Assembly (NCBI GenBank): GCA_046483985.1
Contig: JAWOCD010000037.1
Span: 1-23,510 of the forward strand
Direction of reading: 5' to 3'
Source: Promethearchaeia archaeon
Lineage (GTDB): Archaea > Asgardarchaeota > Lokiarchaeia > Sigyniarchaeales > SOKP01
Length of the DNA: 23,510 nt
Part shown: piece after piece, positions 1 to 8,258 of the stretch
Layout: each line of letters begins with the position of its first letter
How positions within the stretch are numbered: the stretch's first letter is position 1
Made by a program: the position numbers and the translations under genes
Notes under the pieces: generated by a model
What the model saw: only the letters and a program-made list of their open reading frames with translations
What the model was told of the DNA's origin: nothing
Databases searched by the model: none

Positions 1-1
1 T

Positions 2-187
2 CTCGATTTGTCGAAGATGGTTAATCAAATGCTGGAAAAAGGTTATCGTATTGTAAACGGCTACGGAGATCTCAGCGGGAAAACGTTTCGAATTGGTCAT
101 ATGGGGGAAATCACAATCAAGGAATTGGAGGAAATGCTTAAAACTTTAACTGATGTTATATCCAAACTCCGGTTAGAAAAGTTATAA
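2..187 (+). CDS. Class V PLP aminotransferase (alanine-glyoxylate/serine-pyruvate type), C-terminal fragment, 5' partial
   Basis: Not in the ORF track. Frame 2 reads LDLSKMVNQMLEKGYRIVNGYGDLSGKTFRIGHMGEITIKELEEMLKTLTDVISKLRLEKL* (TAA 185-187). FRIGHMG is the typical C-terminal motif of this family. Confidence 0.85.
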   Translation, partial: LDLSKMVNQMLEKGYRIVNGYGDLSGKTFRIGHMGEITIKELEEMLKTLTDVISKLRLEKL

Positions 188-318
188 AAAATATCGTTTC
201 TTTGGTCTTTTATAGATTTTCATTTTCATAGATTGAAAGACAAGCCAAAAAAGAGGTTAAAGAATTAGAAGGAAAAATCAAAAGATATCAGGAGAAATTC
301 GGTAAATCAAAATAAACT

Positions 319-2256
319 CTATACGTTTCTTACCCAAAGAGGTCCAACCCATGCGACATCATCTCCCCGCGGAATCAATTCCCGATTATAGGAGTCAAAG
401 ATGCCATCGTAATAACTTGACCCTTCGGTAAAGACCTTTATATAGTAAAATGTTTCTCCATTCGTACTTAATTCATCCGCCTCGTCGACTCCAATATCCG
501 CCTCGTCGTGTATATAATACTCTCCGTCTCTTTTATTCTCTTCGGGGTCGATATCTCTGTAATCCCAGTAACTGAGTCCTTCAAGGGGGTCGGTATCTAC
601 CCATGAGCCATGGAATATCTTTTTATCATTACTAAAATCTAATTCCTTCCATACTTCATTATTCCGAATAATTTGGATTTTCTTTAAGGTATTGGCATCT
701 CCCCCGCCAGCGGCGACATCCAGTTCAATTAACCGATTCACGGAGTTATCCTCAACGGAAATAATTGAATTACTTTCCCCAATTCGAGTTCCATTAATTG
801 AGAAATTAACATACGGCCGGGAGGTCCCTTTCGTTGCATAACACGCCCTTTTCCACATGGCATCAAAAATGTCTCCTCTTTCCAGAGAGGGGGCAAACAC
901 TCCAATTAATCCATTTTGCTGAAATTGATGGCATCTGAACATGTGATTGGGAAACGCTGTATATGAGAGCGGCGCTTGCCATAGATGCCGCGCTTCAGTA
1001 TGGGACAGGCTATGCCCTATATGTCCATCGTGGGAATCGCCCGAAGCCATAAAACCCAGGTGATATCCCATTGAAAGGGCATCTCTAATATGATATCCCG
1101 GCTCATCGGTTTCCATTAATTGGGGGGTGTCTGTCCCGCCCATGAGAGGATAATTGTTGCCTTGTTCTGTGCTCATTTCACTTGATCCGTGGACACTATA
1201 CATTTCCACTAACCTGGTAATTTCCGGATCAAAATAGGACCAGTCTGTTTTCATTCCCATCATGGTATGAGGGGGATGATGGGCGATGGTCATTACTTTC
1301 CGCTCCTCCTTTTCCGCCATCCAATTTTTTAGGGCTTCATTCAATAATTTTTCGTTGGTATACTCTTGTTCCGCCCCGCTAAAAAATGGCACTTCTGAGG
1401 TACGGGAATAAATTACTCTATCTCCCAAAGTGTTTCCACTTCCTAAATAATTCCCTCTCCATTCATATGCTTGTAATGTTACAAAGTTATCTTTTCCGTT
1501 CCACTGCTCCACCACCGATTTTGTGTGTTCCCAATTGACTTTCCATCCCAATGGAGAAACCAATGCATTAACGAAATGGTCGTGGGTCGTAATCGAGGCA
1601 AAATCCAAGCATGCTACATTCTTTGCGTAGTAAAGAACCGTATCCAAGTTACCGCTTCCGTCACATTTTGAGGTGTGCCCGTGAATGTCTCCCCAGAGTA
1701 AATAATCCTCTGGCTTCTCTTCATGGACCACGATTGGATTGCTATAAGCTTTCATCTCATTATCCTTATCTTCTGCAACCAAATAATGGATACCGGGTTC
1801 AGTAAACTGGACGGAAAATGTTTTCATGCCTCCATCTCCCCACGGAAAACGATAGGCTTCAACCATTCCTTGAGAAAACGAACTCGGTTTGAATTTATAG
1901 CTTTTCCTTGAAAAATTAACGTTTGTACTTACTAAAGTTCCGTTTGATCCTGCTTTTTCCTTAACGGCACTAAACTCGACACTTCCAGAATATCCGCATG
2001 ATAATCGCTCGCAATAATCCCAACATTCCACGGTGAAGTCTTCCGATTCTCCTTGCTGAACAATTGAAGGACCAAAAACCCGTAATTGGGCCGGATCATT
2101 CTTGACCAGAGGTCTCCAATTAAAATTAACAGGATCTATAGTCCAAAAATAGAAACCGACAAAGAGAAAAATAAATATGAAAATCCATTTGACCGATTTT
2201 TTCCGGGGCCCGTCCTTTAAGACTTGGGGAGTCCGCAGTATGTTTTTCTTCTTCAT
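319..2256 (-). CDS. Membrane-anchored DUF3604 / CehA-McbA-like PHP-fold metallohydrolase
   Basis: 645 aa. N-terminal TM (WIFIFIFLFVGFYFW), a beta-rich domain, then PHP metal motifs WGDIHGHT..DG, LDFASITTHDH, AHHP, EMYSVHG and GFMASGDSHDGH, ending in AWVGPLWV. Confidence 0.75.
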   Translation of the reverse strand: MKKKNILRTPQVLKDGPRKKSVKWIFIFIFLFVGFYFWTIDPVNFNWRPLVKNDPAQLRVFGPSIVQQGESEDFTVECWDYCERLSCGYSGSVEFSAVKEKAGSNGTLVSTNVNFSRKSYKFKPSSFSQGMVEAYRFPWGDGGMKTFSVQFTEPGIHYLVAEDKDNEMKAYSNPIVVHEEKPEDYLLWGDIHGHTSKCDGSGNLDTVLYYAKNVACLDFASITTHDHFVNALVSPLGWKVNWEHTKSVVEQWNGKDNFVTLQAYEWRGNYLGSGNTLGDRVIYSRTSEVPFFSGAEQEYTNEKLLNEALKNWMAEKEERKVMTIAHHPPHTMMGMKTDWSYFDPEITRLVEMYSVHGSSEMSTEQGNNYPLMGGTDTPQLMETDEPGYHIRDALSMGYHLGFMASGDSHDGHIGHSLSHTEARHLWQAPLSYTAFPNHMFRCHQFQQNGLIGVFAPSLERGDIFDAMWKRACYATKGTSRPYVNFSINGTRIGESNSIISVEDNSVNRLIELDVAAGGGDANTLKKIQIIRNNEVWKELDFSNDKKIFHGSWVDTDPLEGLSYWDYRDIDPEENKRDGEYYIHDEADIGVDEADELSTNGETFYYIKVFTEGSSYYDGIFDSYNRELIPRGDDVAWVGPLWVRNV

Positions 2257-2301
2257 ATTTTTCTAAATAAATTACTTAACCAATTAATTTAACGTCTTCA
2301 A

Positions 2302-2934
2302 TCAGCCTATGATGGCTAAATTCAAAATATTTATGGCTTGAATAAAATATAAAATCAGCGTAATTGCTCCAAAAATTAAGGCTCGCCAATCCTTCTTCAT
2401 AAGGAGATATATACCTCCTACTAAAGAGAATATATTCAAAAATGGGACCAATACGAAAGCTAATGAAAATATAGTGTGAATGGTATAAGGGTATTCATTA
2501 TTCTCGATATCATAAAACAGATCTTTGACATCCGAATGGAAGTGTCTCCAATTATTGACGATGTTGAGGAGATAAATTTCCTTTTTCTCGCTCTCAAACG
2601 CTTCCTGATTAAATTTTAAAGATTTATTTAGCTCTTTGAGCAAGAATCCGAACTTTCTCAATGATTTCTCCGTCTCTTCGGTATAAAATTTAAATTTCTT
2701 CCCGTATAAGTCGAAATTGGATTTAATGTTCTTTATCTCTTGTAGTATTGAATCGATTTTCGGGGTAAACGTGTTCTGAAACTCGGAGCCTTCTATGGAT
2801 TCCGTTATCGTTACGAAAAGATTTTTAACCTCGGCGATATTTTGATGAACGAATTCAATAAATTCGGGATTGATTTGGTTCCTAAAGAGATTTAGGGGGT
2901 TCAATTTTGATTTTGTACTCTCTGAAATTGTCAT
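2302..2934 (-). CDS. Hypothetical membrane protein (helical N-terminal region, two C-terminal TM segments)
   Basis: 210-aa ORF with a charged helical N-terminus and hydrophobic IFSLAFVLVPFLNIFSLVGGIYLLM and ALIFGAITLILYFIQAINILNLAIIG segments. Confidence 0.7.
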   Translation of the reverse strand: MTISESTKSKLNPLNLFRNQINPEFIEFVHQNIAEVKNLFVTITESIEGSEFQNTFTPKIDSILQEIKNIKSNFDLYGKKFKFYTEETEKSLRKFGFLLKELNKSLKFNQEAFESEKKEIYLLNIVNNWRHFHSDVKDLFYDIENNEYPYTIHTIFSLAFVLVPFLNIFSLVGGIYLLMKKDWRALIFGAITLILYFIQAINILNLAIIG

Positions 2935-3030
2935 AAAACCGTACTCTTTCTTGTGAAGTTTAATCTTATCTTATAATTTCTATAAATACGAACTTCATAA
3001 TATAATTAATTATTGTCCTTATCATTCCGC

Positions 3031-3411
3031 TTACATTAAAATATAGTCAACGATTAAATTAATGACCCCGCCTAGGGGAATTAACAACACGTGAGTGACA
3101 ATGAAAGCCCGTTTGATATATTTGGGGATGATCTCATTATCGCTGAACTTTATAAAGTAAACGGCTATCAGTTCCAACACCGCCATGATAAATTCCATAA
3201 TTAGGATGATGTCAAAAAAGAGCATGATATTAAAGGAAAAAATTGCCGTTTTTTGGAGCGGTTGCACTAATACTTTCAAAAGGGGTCTTAGAAAGAGAAA
3301 ATAGCCAATTCCGATTGTTAAGTCAAAAAGCCCGTCGAGAATCAGAATGATTGTGGATCTTTCTTTTTTATAGACAACGGGAGGGTCATCGTAATTTTTC
3401 CTTTCTGTCAT
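3031..3411 (-). CDS. Hypothetical 3-TM membrane protein, copy A
   Basis: 126 aa with three hydrophobic segments. 109/126 aa identical to 6502..6882 (hand count), mostly conservative changes, which supports real coding status. Confidence 0.85.
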   Translation of the reverse strand: MTERKNYDDPPVVYKKERSTIILILDGLFDLTIGIGYFLFLRPLLKVLVQPLQKTAIFSFNIMLFFDIILIMEFIMAVLELIAVYFIKFSDNEIIPKYIKRAFIVTHVLLIPLGGVINLIVDYILM

Positions 3412-3497
3412 TTCTCTTAGGAACCAATAAAATTATTAAACCATTAAAAACAAAGCACTCATCCTTAATTAATAATAACAACCATTTTAACTTGATT
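3031..3497. repeat. Diverged direct repeat (126-aa gene + about 85 bp of upstream sequence), copy A; partner about 6502..6977
   Basis: Beyond the gene, taaaccattaa...actcatcctta..taa.aata...ttgatt is shared by both copies; similarity then stops. Confidence 0.85.
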
Positions 3498-3530
3498 ATC
3501 TATTAAGAACCTCTCGAGCCGAGAGCAAAG

Positions 3531-3568
3531 TGCAATAACAAAAATGACCCGTCTGCAATAACAAAAAT
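3531..3568 (+). repeat. Two exact 15-bp direct repeats TGCAATAACAAAAAT (23-bp period), possible protein-binding sites
   Basis: Copies at 3531-3545 and 3554-3568, about 30 bp upstream of the 3600 ATG. Confidence 0.8.
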
Positions 3569-3599
3569 ATTAAAATATGCGGCGCTATATTATCTGTAT

Positions 3600-3854
3600 A
3601 TGAGAACTTACAAAACGAAGACAAAGACCATCGTAAAGACGGAACGGAAGGTCGATACGGTCTCTTGCAACAAATGCGGGAAGGTGCTGGAACGCGGGAG
3701 CGCGCACGGAAACGATTACGGGAAACTCAGGATCGATTACGGATTTTATAGTATGTTCGATGGTGACATGTTTATGGGAGACCTGTGCGACGAGTGCGGG
3801 AAAGAGCTGATCGAAGAATACAACCTCAAGCGATTCAAAGGCGTGCGCATGTAA
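3600..3854 (+). CDS. Small Zn-ribbon hypothetical protein of virus/plasmid type
   Basis: 84 aa with CNKCG ... DLCDECG. GC is much higher than the flanks (35/60 at 3661-3720). Confidence 0.7.
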   Translation: MRTYKTKTKTIVKTERKVDTVSCNKCGKVLERGSAHGNDYGKLRIDYGFYSMFDGDMFMGDLCDECGKELIEEYNLKRFKGVRM

Positions 3855-4088
3855 GACGCTGTACAAATGTCAAACCCATATGCCAAACCCGCAAAACCTT
3901 GATTGACGGTTTGAGAACCAACCTGTATTACCTAAGGTACTGATCACGCATTAGCGAATATGAATCTCACGCCGTTAGCCGTGAGTAGTTTAATCCATAA
4001 TTTAATAACTAATATTAAATAAATATATAGTAAATTCTTTTGATCGCCTATGGTGGGAAAAAAGAATACTAAACGGCCTGATACTTGA

Positions 4089-5549
4089 ATGAAAAAACTA
4101 ATAATTCTCTGTTTTGATGGCTTAAGTTGGAACATCATTAATAAATTAAATAAAGCAGGAATAACAAACAACATAGAGCGGCTCATGGAATTGGGAAGTT
4201 ATGGCTCAATGAAAGCGGATTTCCCGCTAATTTCCCCTCGAATTTGGACGTCTATACATACGGGATACAAAGCAAATAAACATGGCATCTTAGATTTTTA
4301 TTTTACCCCTCGAGATATAAAGAAACCGTCAATGTGGGACTACTTACATAAAGAAGGATTTAGAGTGGGAGTTTATCGACCTTTGATAATCCCAAAAACA
4401 ATTAAAAATACGCCCTTTTTTATTCCCGGCTTTCTTTCGCCTCAAATTAACGCAAGTCCCCAAAAATACCAATTTATAAAAGATTTGGACGAACAGCTGA
4501 GAGCAGATTCGAAAGGGCTCTCGGTTTTAATCACGCTTTTCAAAACGTTCTTAAATTTATTCAAGTCGAATTTCTCGTTGAGCAAACTTCTAAAGATCCT
4601 CTTGTTCACGGTTAAGTATATCTCCTCGCGCCATAAAAAATCTAGTTTGTTTTACCTGAAGGAAATAGAGTTCTTAATTCATTCAAGCTTTTATTTGAAT
4701 TTAATCAAACGACATCGCCCCGAATTTTCGATTTTTTATGAAAACTCATGTGATAGTATCTCACATCAGTTCTGGAACGAATGGAGGGATAAAACAGATT
4801 TATCTTTTGCGATTCCACGGATATATAGTGAAATAGATAAATATATCGGAAAGGTATACGAGTTTGCGATGAAAAATGGCTATTCTCTTCTGATTCTCTC
4901 TGACCACGGATTTAGTGTAAATAAAGACTTAAAAAAGCACGGATATCTAAGAACTATTAAGATTACGGGATTATTATCCGCTTTAGACTTAGAGGACCAT
5001 TTATTCGGCATTCAGTTGGATAATTTCGCCTACTTCAGAAAAAAACCTACCTCCCAGAAATCATCGGAATTTTTTAGAGACATGTTTGAAGCTGTTAAAT
5101 TCAAAGATAAGCAATTTTTTTCCGTTGAGAAGTACAAGGGAAATTTCATAATAACGGTCAATATTGAAGTTGTCCCGTTGCTAAAGCCTGAAGGGATTAT
5201 TAAAATCTCTGACAAGGAAGAAGTGACCGTGGAGGAAATAATTGAATTTAACTCAAACCGATTTGGGGCTCATAGCAGTAAAAATGGAGTTTTTATGTTA
5301 TGCGGCGAAAACATTAGAAATAAAAAAATTAAAGAGGTGAAACCTTATGATATCTTGCCCACTCTTTTTGCCCATCTCGGGGTTCCTATCCCCAAACAAT
5401 TGGATGGGAAGGTGGTCAAAAACATATTTAGTAAGAAACCAAAACCGCAATATTATGACTATACGGAAGATGCGGAAGAAGGGATTGAGGGGAAAACGAA
5501 ACGTGAAAAAGAAACCATTAAGAAACATCTTAAATCCTTGGAAATCTAA
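4089..5549 (+). CDS. Alkaline phosphatase superfamily protein (type I phosphodiesterase / nucleotide pyrophosphatase-like)
   Basis: 486 aa. Motifs IILCFDG, nucleophile region ISPRIWTSIHTG..HGI.DF, DSISHQFW, LILSDHGF, GAH...GVF and DILPT.....G...P...DG. Confidence 0.85.
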   Translation: MKKLIILCFDGLSWNIINKLNKAGITNNIERLMELGSYGSMKADFPLISPRIWTSIHTGYKANKHGILDFYFTPRDIKKPSMWDYLHKEGFRVGVYRPLIIPKTIKNTPFFIPGFLSPQINASPQKYQFIKDLDEQLRADSKGLSVLITLFKTFLNLFKSNFSLSKLLKILLFTVKYISSRHKKSSLFYLKEIEFLIHSSFYLNLIKRHRPEFSIFYENSCDSISHQFWNEWRDKTDLSFAIPRIYSEIDKYIGKVYEFAMKNGYSLLILSDHGFSVNKDLKKHGYLRTIKITGLLSALDLEDHLFGIQLDNFAYFRKKPTSQKSSEFFRDMFEAVKFKDKQFFSVEKYKGNFIITVNIEVVPLLKPEGIIKISDKEEVTVEEIIEFNSNRFGAHSSKNGVFMLCGENIRNKKIKEVKPYDILPTLFAHLGVPIPKQLDGKVVKNIFSKKPKPQYYDYTEDAEEGIEGKTKREKETIKKHLKSLEI

Positions 5550-5648
5550 AAATTTAATCTCATTCTTATAATCCATAATCCCAGACGGTTTTATTAGTGA
5601 AAAAGGTCGGAACACTTAGAGTACGGTATCAAGGAAAAGGTTCTTTGT

Positions 5649-5730
5649 AAGATTATTAAGGATTGTTTGAATTCTGATAAATTTGAATTTATGCTCATCC
5701 ATGGTCGCCGACACGTAGGAAGACAGAGAT
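5649..5730 (+). pseudogene. Relic of the N-terminus (Walker A) of an archaeal ATPase_2-family ATPase
   Basis: KIIKDCLNSDKFEFMLIHGRRHVG. Adding one A after 5720 (GGA AG ACA GAG -> GGA AAG ACA GAG) restores GRRHVGKTE, matching the family motif GRRRVGKT. No in-frame start upstream of the relic. Confidence 0.65.
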
Positions 5731-5811
5731 CCATTTCCATTGGCTTGAACGATATGAACAGAGTTATTACAGAAATAGGATAAGCGATACTAAGAGATAC
5801 GAGAACAAAAA

Positions 5812-6478
5812 TTAAAGGGAATAGGAACCTGTTCCATACGTTTTATTGGTGAAAATGTATACGATTTCCTTTCCCTTCCCTTCTGCGGGCTTCTTGAGTT
5901 TTAATTGTACCGTAATCGGCTCTTCTTTCGTTCCTCGGGGAGTTTTTTCGATATTTTTGCCCTTATATTTCAGATTAACAGCGTCTTGATGGATATAAGT
6001 GTCATTTTGATCGCCCATAATGATCAAATCGTCCTTTTTCGTGATATATCCATCGTTCACCAGCACATCAGCCCACTTCGAATTGGGATCGTACTTTAGG
6101 ATTTTTCCCACCTGGATATAGCGATAATGAGATAAATTGTACGGATAGTTGTGCTGATGATCTTCCTCGGTCATACGCTTGAAATAGAACCCCGGCGTAA
6201 ACCCCCGATTATAAACCCGTTTTAGGTCGGTGACCCATCTTCCCACTTTAGTTTCATTAAATGTCCCCTCATAATACGCTTCAATCGCCTCTCTATAGGT
6301 TTTACTTACAATCTCAACGTAATGGGGATGACGCATTCGACCCTCAATTTTAAACGCGTCGATATTTGCCTCAATTAAGTCCGGGATATATGCGATTGTG
6401 CATAAATCACGGGAGTTCATAAATCGCACACCATCGTAGATGTATTCGTTATTCTCTTTATCCTTAACCCACCATCGT
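5812..6478 (-). pseudogene. 5'-truncated second copy of the U32-family gene (C-terminal 221 aa, frame intact)
   Basis: 197/221 aa identical to the C-terminal part of 8253..9515 (hand count). Nucleotide identity ends at caccatcgt (6478 vs 8919), just after the Cys motif, so the Fe-S ligands are missing. Confidence 0.85.
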
Positions 6479-6501
6479 GTCCTCTCACTACCCCCTACCA
6501 A

Positions 6502-6882
6502 TTACATTAAAATATAATCCACGATGAGATTGATAATCCCGCCTAAGGGAAGTAACAGGACGTGGGTGACCAAAAAAGCCCGTTTGATATATTTGGGAAT
6601 GATCTCGTTATCGCTGAACTTTATAAAATATACCGCCACCAATTCCAAGATTGCCATGATAAATTCCATGAATAACACGATGTCAAAAAAGAGCATGATG
6701 TTGAAGGTAAAAATCGCCGTCTCTTGGAGCGGCTGCACTAATACCGCCAAAAGCGGTCTGAGAAATAAAAAATAGCCTATACCAATTGACAAATCGAAGA
6801 GTCCGTCAAGAATCAGAATAATGGTGGATTGTTCCTTTTTATAGACAGCGGGCGGCTCATCGTAGGTTTTCTCTTCTTTCAT
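6502..6882 (-). CDS. Hypothetical 3-TM membrane protein, copy B
   Basis: 126 aa, same length as 3031..3411 and 109/126 aa identical to it. Confidence 0.85.
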   Translation of the reverse strand: MKEEKTYDEPPAVYKKEQSTIILILDGLFDLSIGIGYFLFLRPLLAVLVQPLQETAIFTFNIMLFFDIVLFMEFIMAILELVAVYFIKFSDNEIIPKYIKRAFLVTHVLLLPLGGIINLIVDYILM

Positions 6883-6994
6883 TTCCCTTTTGTGTTGTTA
6901 ATCCTTTTAAACTACTAAACCATTAATTGCTAGTAACTCATCCTTACTTAAGAATAGAAAGCATTGATAATTTGATTTTTCTTTGGCAAAATTT

Positions 6995-7027
6995 TTATTA
7001 TTTGAATAATAATTATTCAATTAATAA
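6995..7027. repeat. 33-bp AT-rich imperfect palindrome
   Basis: ttatta-t-ttgaataat-a-attattcaa-t-taataa, with perfect 9-bp inner arms at 7002-7010 and 7012-7020. Confidence 0.6.
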
Positions 7028-7041
7028 TAATTAAAATAATA

Positions 7042-7169
7042 ATCGGACGATAGTGGTGGAAGGATACCGAAATAGATTTAATTGGATTCAATCCGAATGT
7101 AAATGGCAAGATCACGTCAATGGACATTCAATTGCCGCAAAATTAATCGCAAAAGCATCAAAGAATTGA
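7042..7169 (+). pseudogene. Relic of a DUF234 (PD-(D/E)xK-like) C-terminal domain of an ATPase_2-DUF234 protein
   Basis: IGR*WWKDTEIDLIGFN (TAG 7051-7053, probably from TGG), then a frameshift to ECKWQDHVNGHSIAAKLIAKASK. This matches the family pattern GRWW...EID....ECKW. Confidence 0.7.
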
Positions 7170-7218
7170 ATTGATACGAGATGTCTAAAAACAGAGAGAG
7201 GTAAAAATAAATAATAAA

Positions 7219-8022
7219 ATGATATTAGGAAATAATTTTATTTTTCTACGATTACAAAAATCGGCATCAACGCATATTACAAAAATACTAGATAATTTAT
7301 TTAATGTTAGGAACTATGGGAAACATAATACATTAAATAAATTGACAGATAAGTATGTATTTGGTACTATTCGCAATCCTTATTCCTGGTATATATCACT
7401 ATGGGCAACTGGATGTGAATCATTTGAATTTATCTATAATGATATTAGATTTAATGAATTTAATAGGAGAAATTTAATACCAGAATATTGTAAAGATTTG
7501 AATGTACACAAAGTAAATAAGATAATTAAGAATTGTATTGCTTTAATTAAAGTAAAAAGGTTATGGAGATATTTATATTCTGATATTAATAATGAAAATT
7601 TATTTAGGAAATGGTTAAAATATATTTTTTCAATAAGAAAAGATATTCTATATGAATTAGATAGTGATATAAAAATCGGATTTTACACATATATTTATTC
7701 TAAATTATATTTATATAATTTTATAGAAAATATAAATAAAGTAAATTCAATAGAAGATTTAATTCGGTATGATAATTTTTATAATTTAATGGATTTTACC
7801 ATAAAAACTGAGAATTTAGAGAATGAATTAATATTATTTCTTAATGATATTACGAGTATTAATGATAAAGAAAAAGAATATATCTTATCTATGAAAAATA
7901 ATAAATCTAATACCACTAAACATAAACCCTATGAGGAATATTACGACGAAAAATCTATTAAATTAATAGAAGAATATGAATCATTTATTCTTAATAAATA
8001 TAATTATGTATTCGGTGATTAG
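7219..8022 (+). CDS. Sulfotransferase-family protein (Sulfotransfer_2-like)
   Basis: 267 aa. 5'-PSB-like FIFLRLQKSASTHI, 3'-PB-like FGTIRNPYSWYISLW, IKTENLE and C-terminal HKPYEEYYD.....I........Y.Y.F. Extremely AT-rich (4/60 GC at 7681-7740). Confidence 0.7.
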   Translation: MILGNNFIFLRLQKSASTHITKILDNLFNVRNYGKHNTLNKLTDKYVFGTIRNPYSWYISLWATGCESFEFIYNDIRFNEFNRRNLIPEYCKDLNVHKVNKIIKNCIALIKVKRLWRYLYSDINNENLFRKWLKYIFSIRKDILYELDSDIKIGFYTYIYSKLYLYNFIENINKVNSIEDLIRYDNFYNLMDFTIKTENLENELILFLNDITSINDKEKEYILSMKNNKSNTTKHKPYEEYYDEKSIKLIEEYESFILNKYNYVFGD

Positions 8023-8258
8023 ATGAAAGTGAATGATAAAGTTAATTTTGATAATATTTGGTTATAAGACCAGATACTATTGATGTATTTAGTAACTATA
8101 ATGATACTGAAGAATTGGAAATCATAATTAAAAATTTAGGTGAAGATAAGAGTAGAATTGCCATTTCAATTGATATACCTAAAGGTATAATAATTAAATA
8201 TGGTAAGTCTACTTATAAACATAAATATCATGATCTCCCATTATTCTCATTTTCATAA
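8023..8258 (+). pseudogene. Frameshifted, probably 3'-truncated hypothetical gene
   Basis: ATG at 8023 directly follows the sulfotransferase stop, with GGTGA upstream, and gives MKVNDKVNFDNIWL*. A second frame (8058..8258, VIRPDTID...) continues and ends at a TAA inside the last codon of the U32 gene. Confidence 0.45.

Noticed and set aside
172-231. Intron-like GT...polypyrimidine-AG after the aminotransferase
   Set aside because: Splicing from the GT at 172 or 181 does not put the downstream peptide in frame. The T tracts are better explained as an archaeal terminator.
3863-3943. Possible glycosyltransferase C-terminal remnant (KTLIDGLRTNLYYLRY*)
   Set aside because: Too short, and the resemblance is too weak to support without a search.
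5567-5617. Minus-strand peptide SVPTFFTNKTVWDYGL* resembling the U32 C-terminus (FTNKT)
   Set aside because: Only a five-residue match with no flanking similarity; probably chance.
5812-6501. Intact functional 229-aa U32 enzyme as called in the ORF track
   Set aside because: It lacks the N-terminal half and all cysteines of the Fe-S motif, and the first 8 residues come from junction sequence.
3500-8252. Integron cassette array, prophage or transposon
   Set aside because: Cargo genes are co-oriented, but there is no integrase or transposase, no recurring attC-like site, no terminal repeats or target-site duplication, and one cargo gene appears cut mid-sequence.
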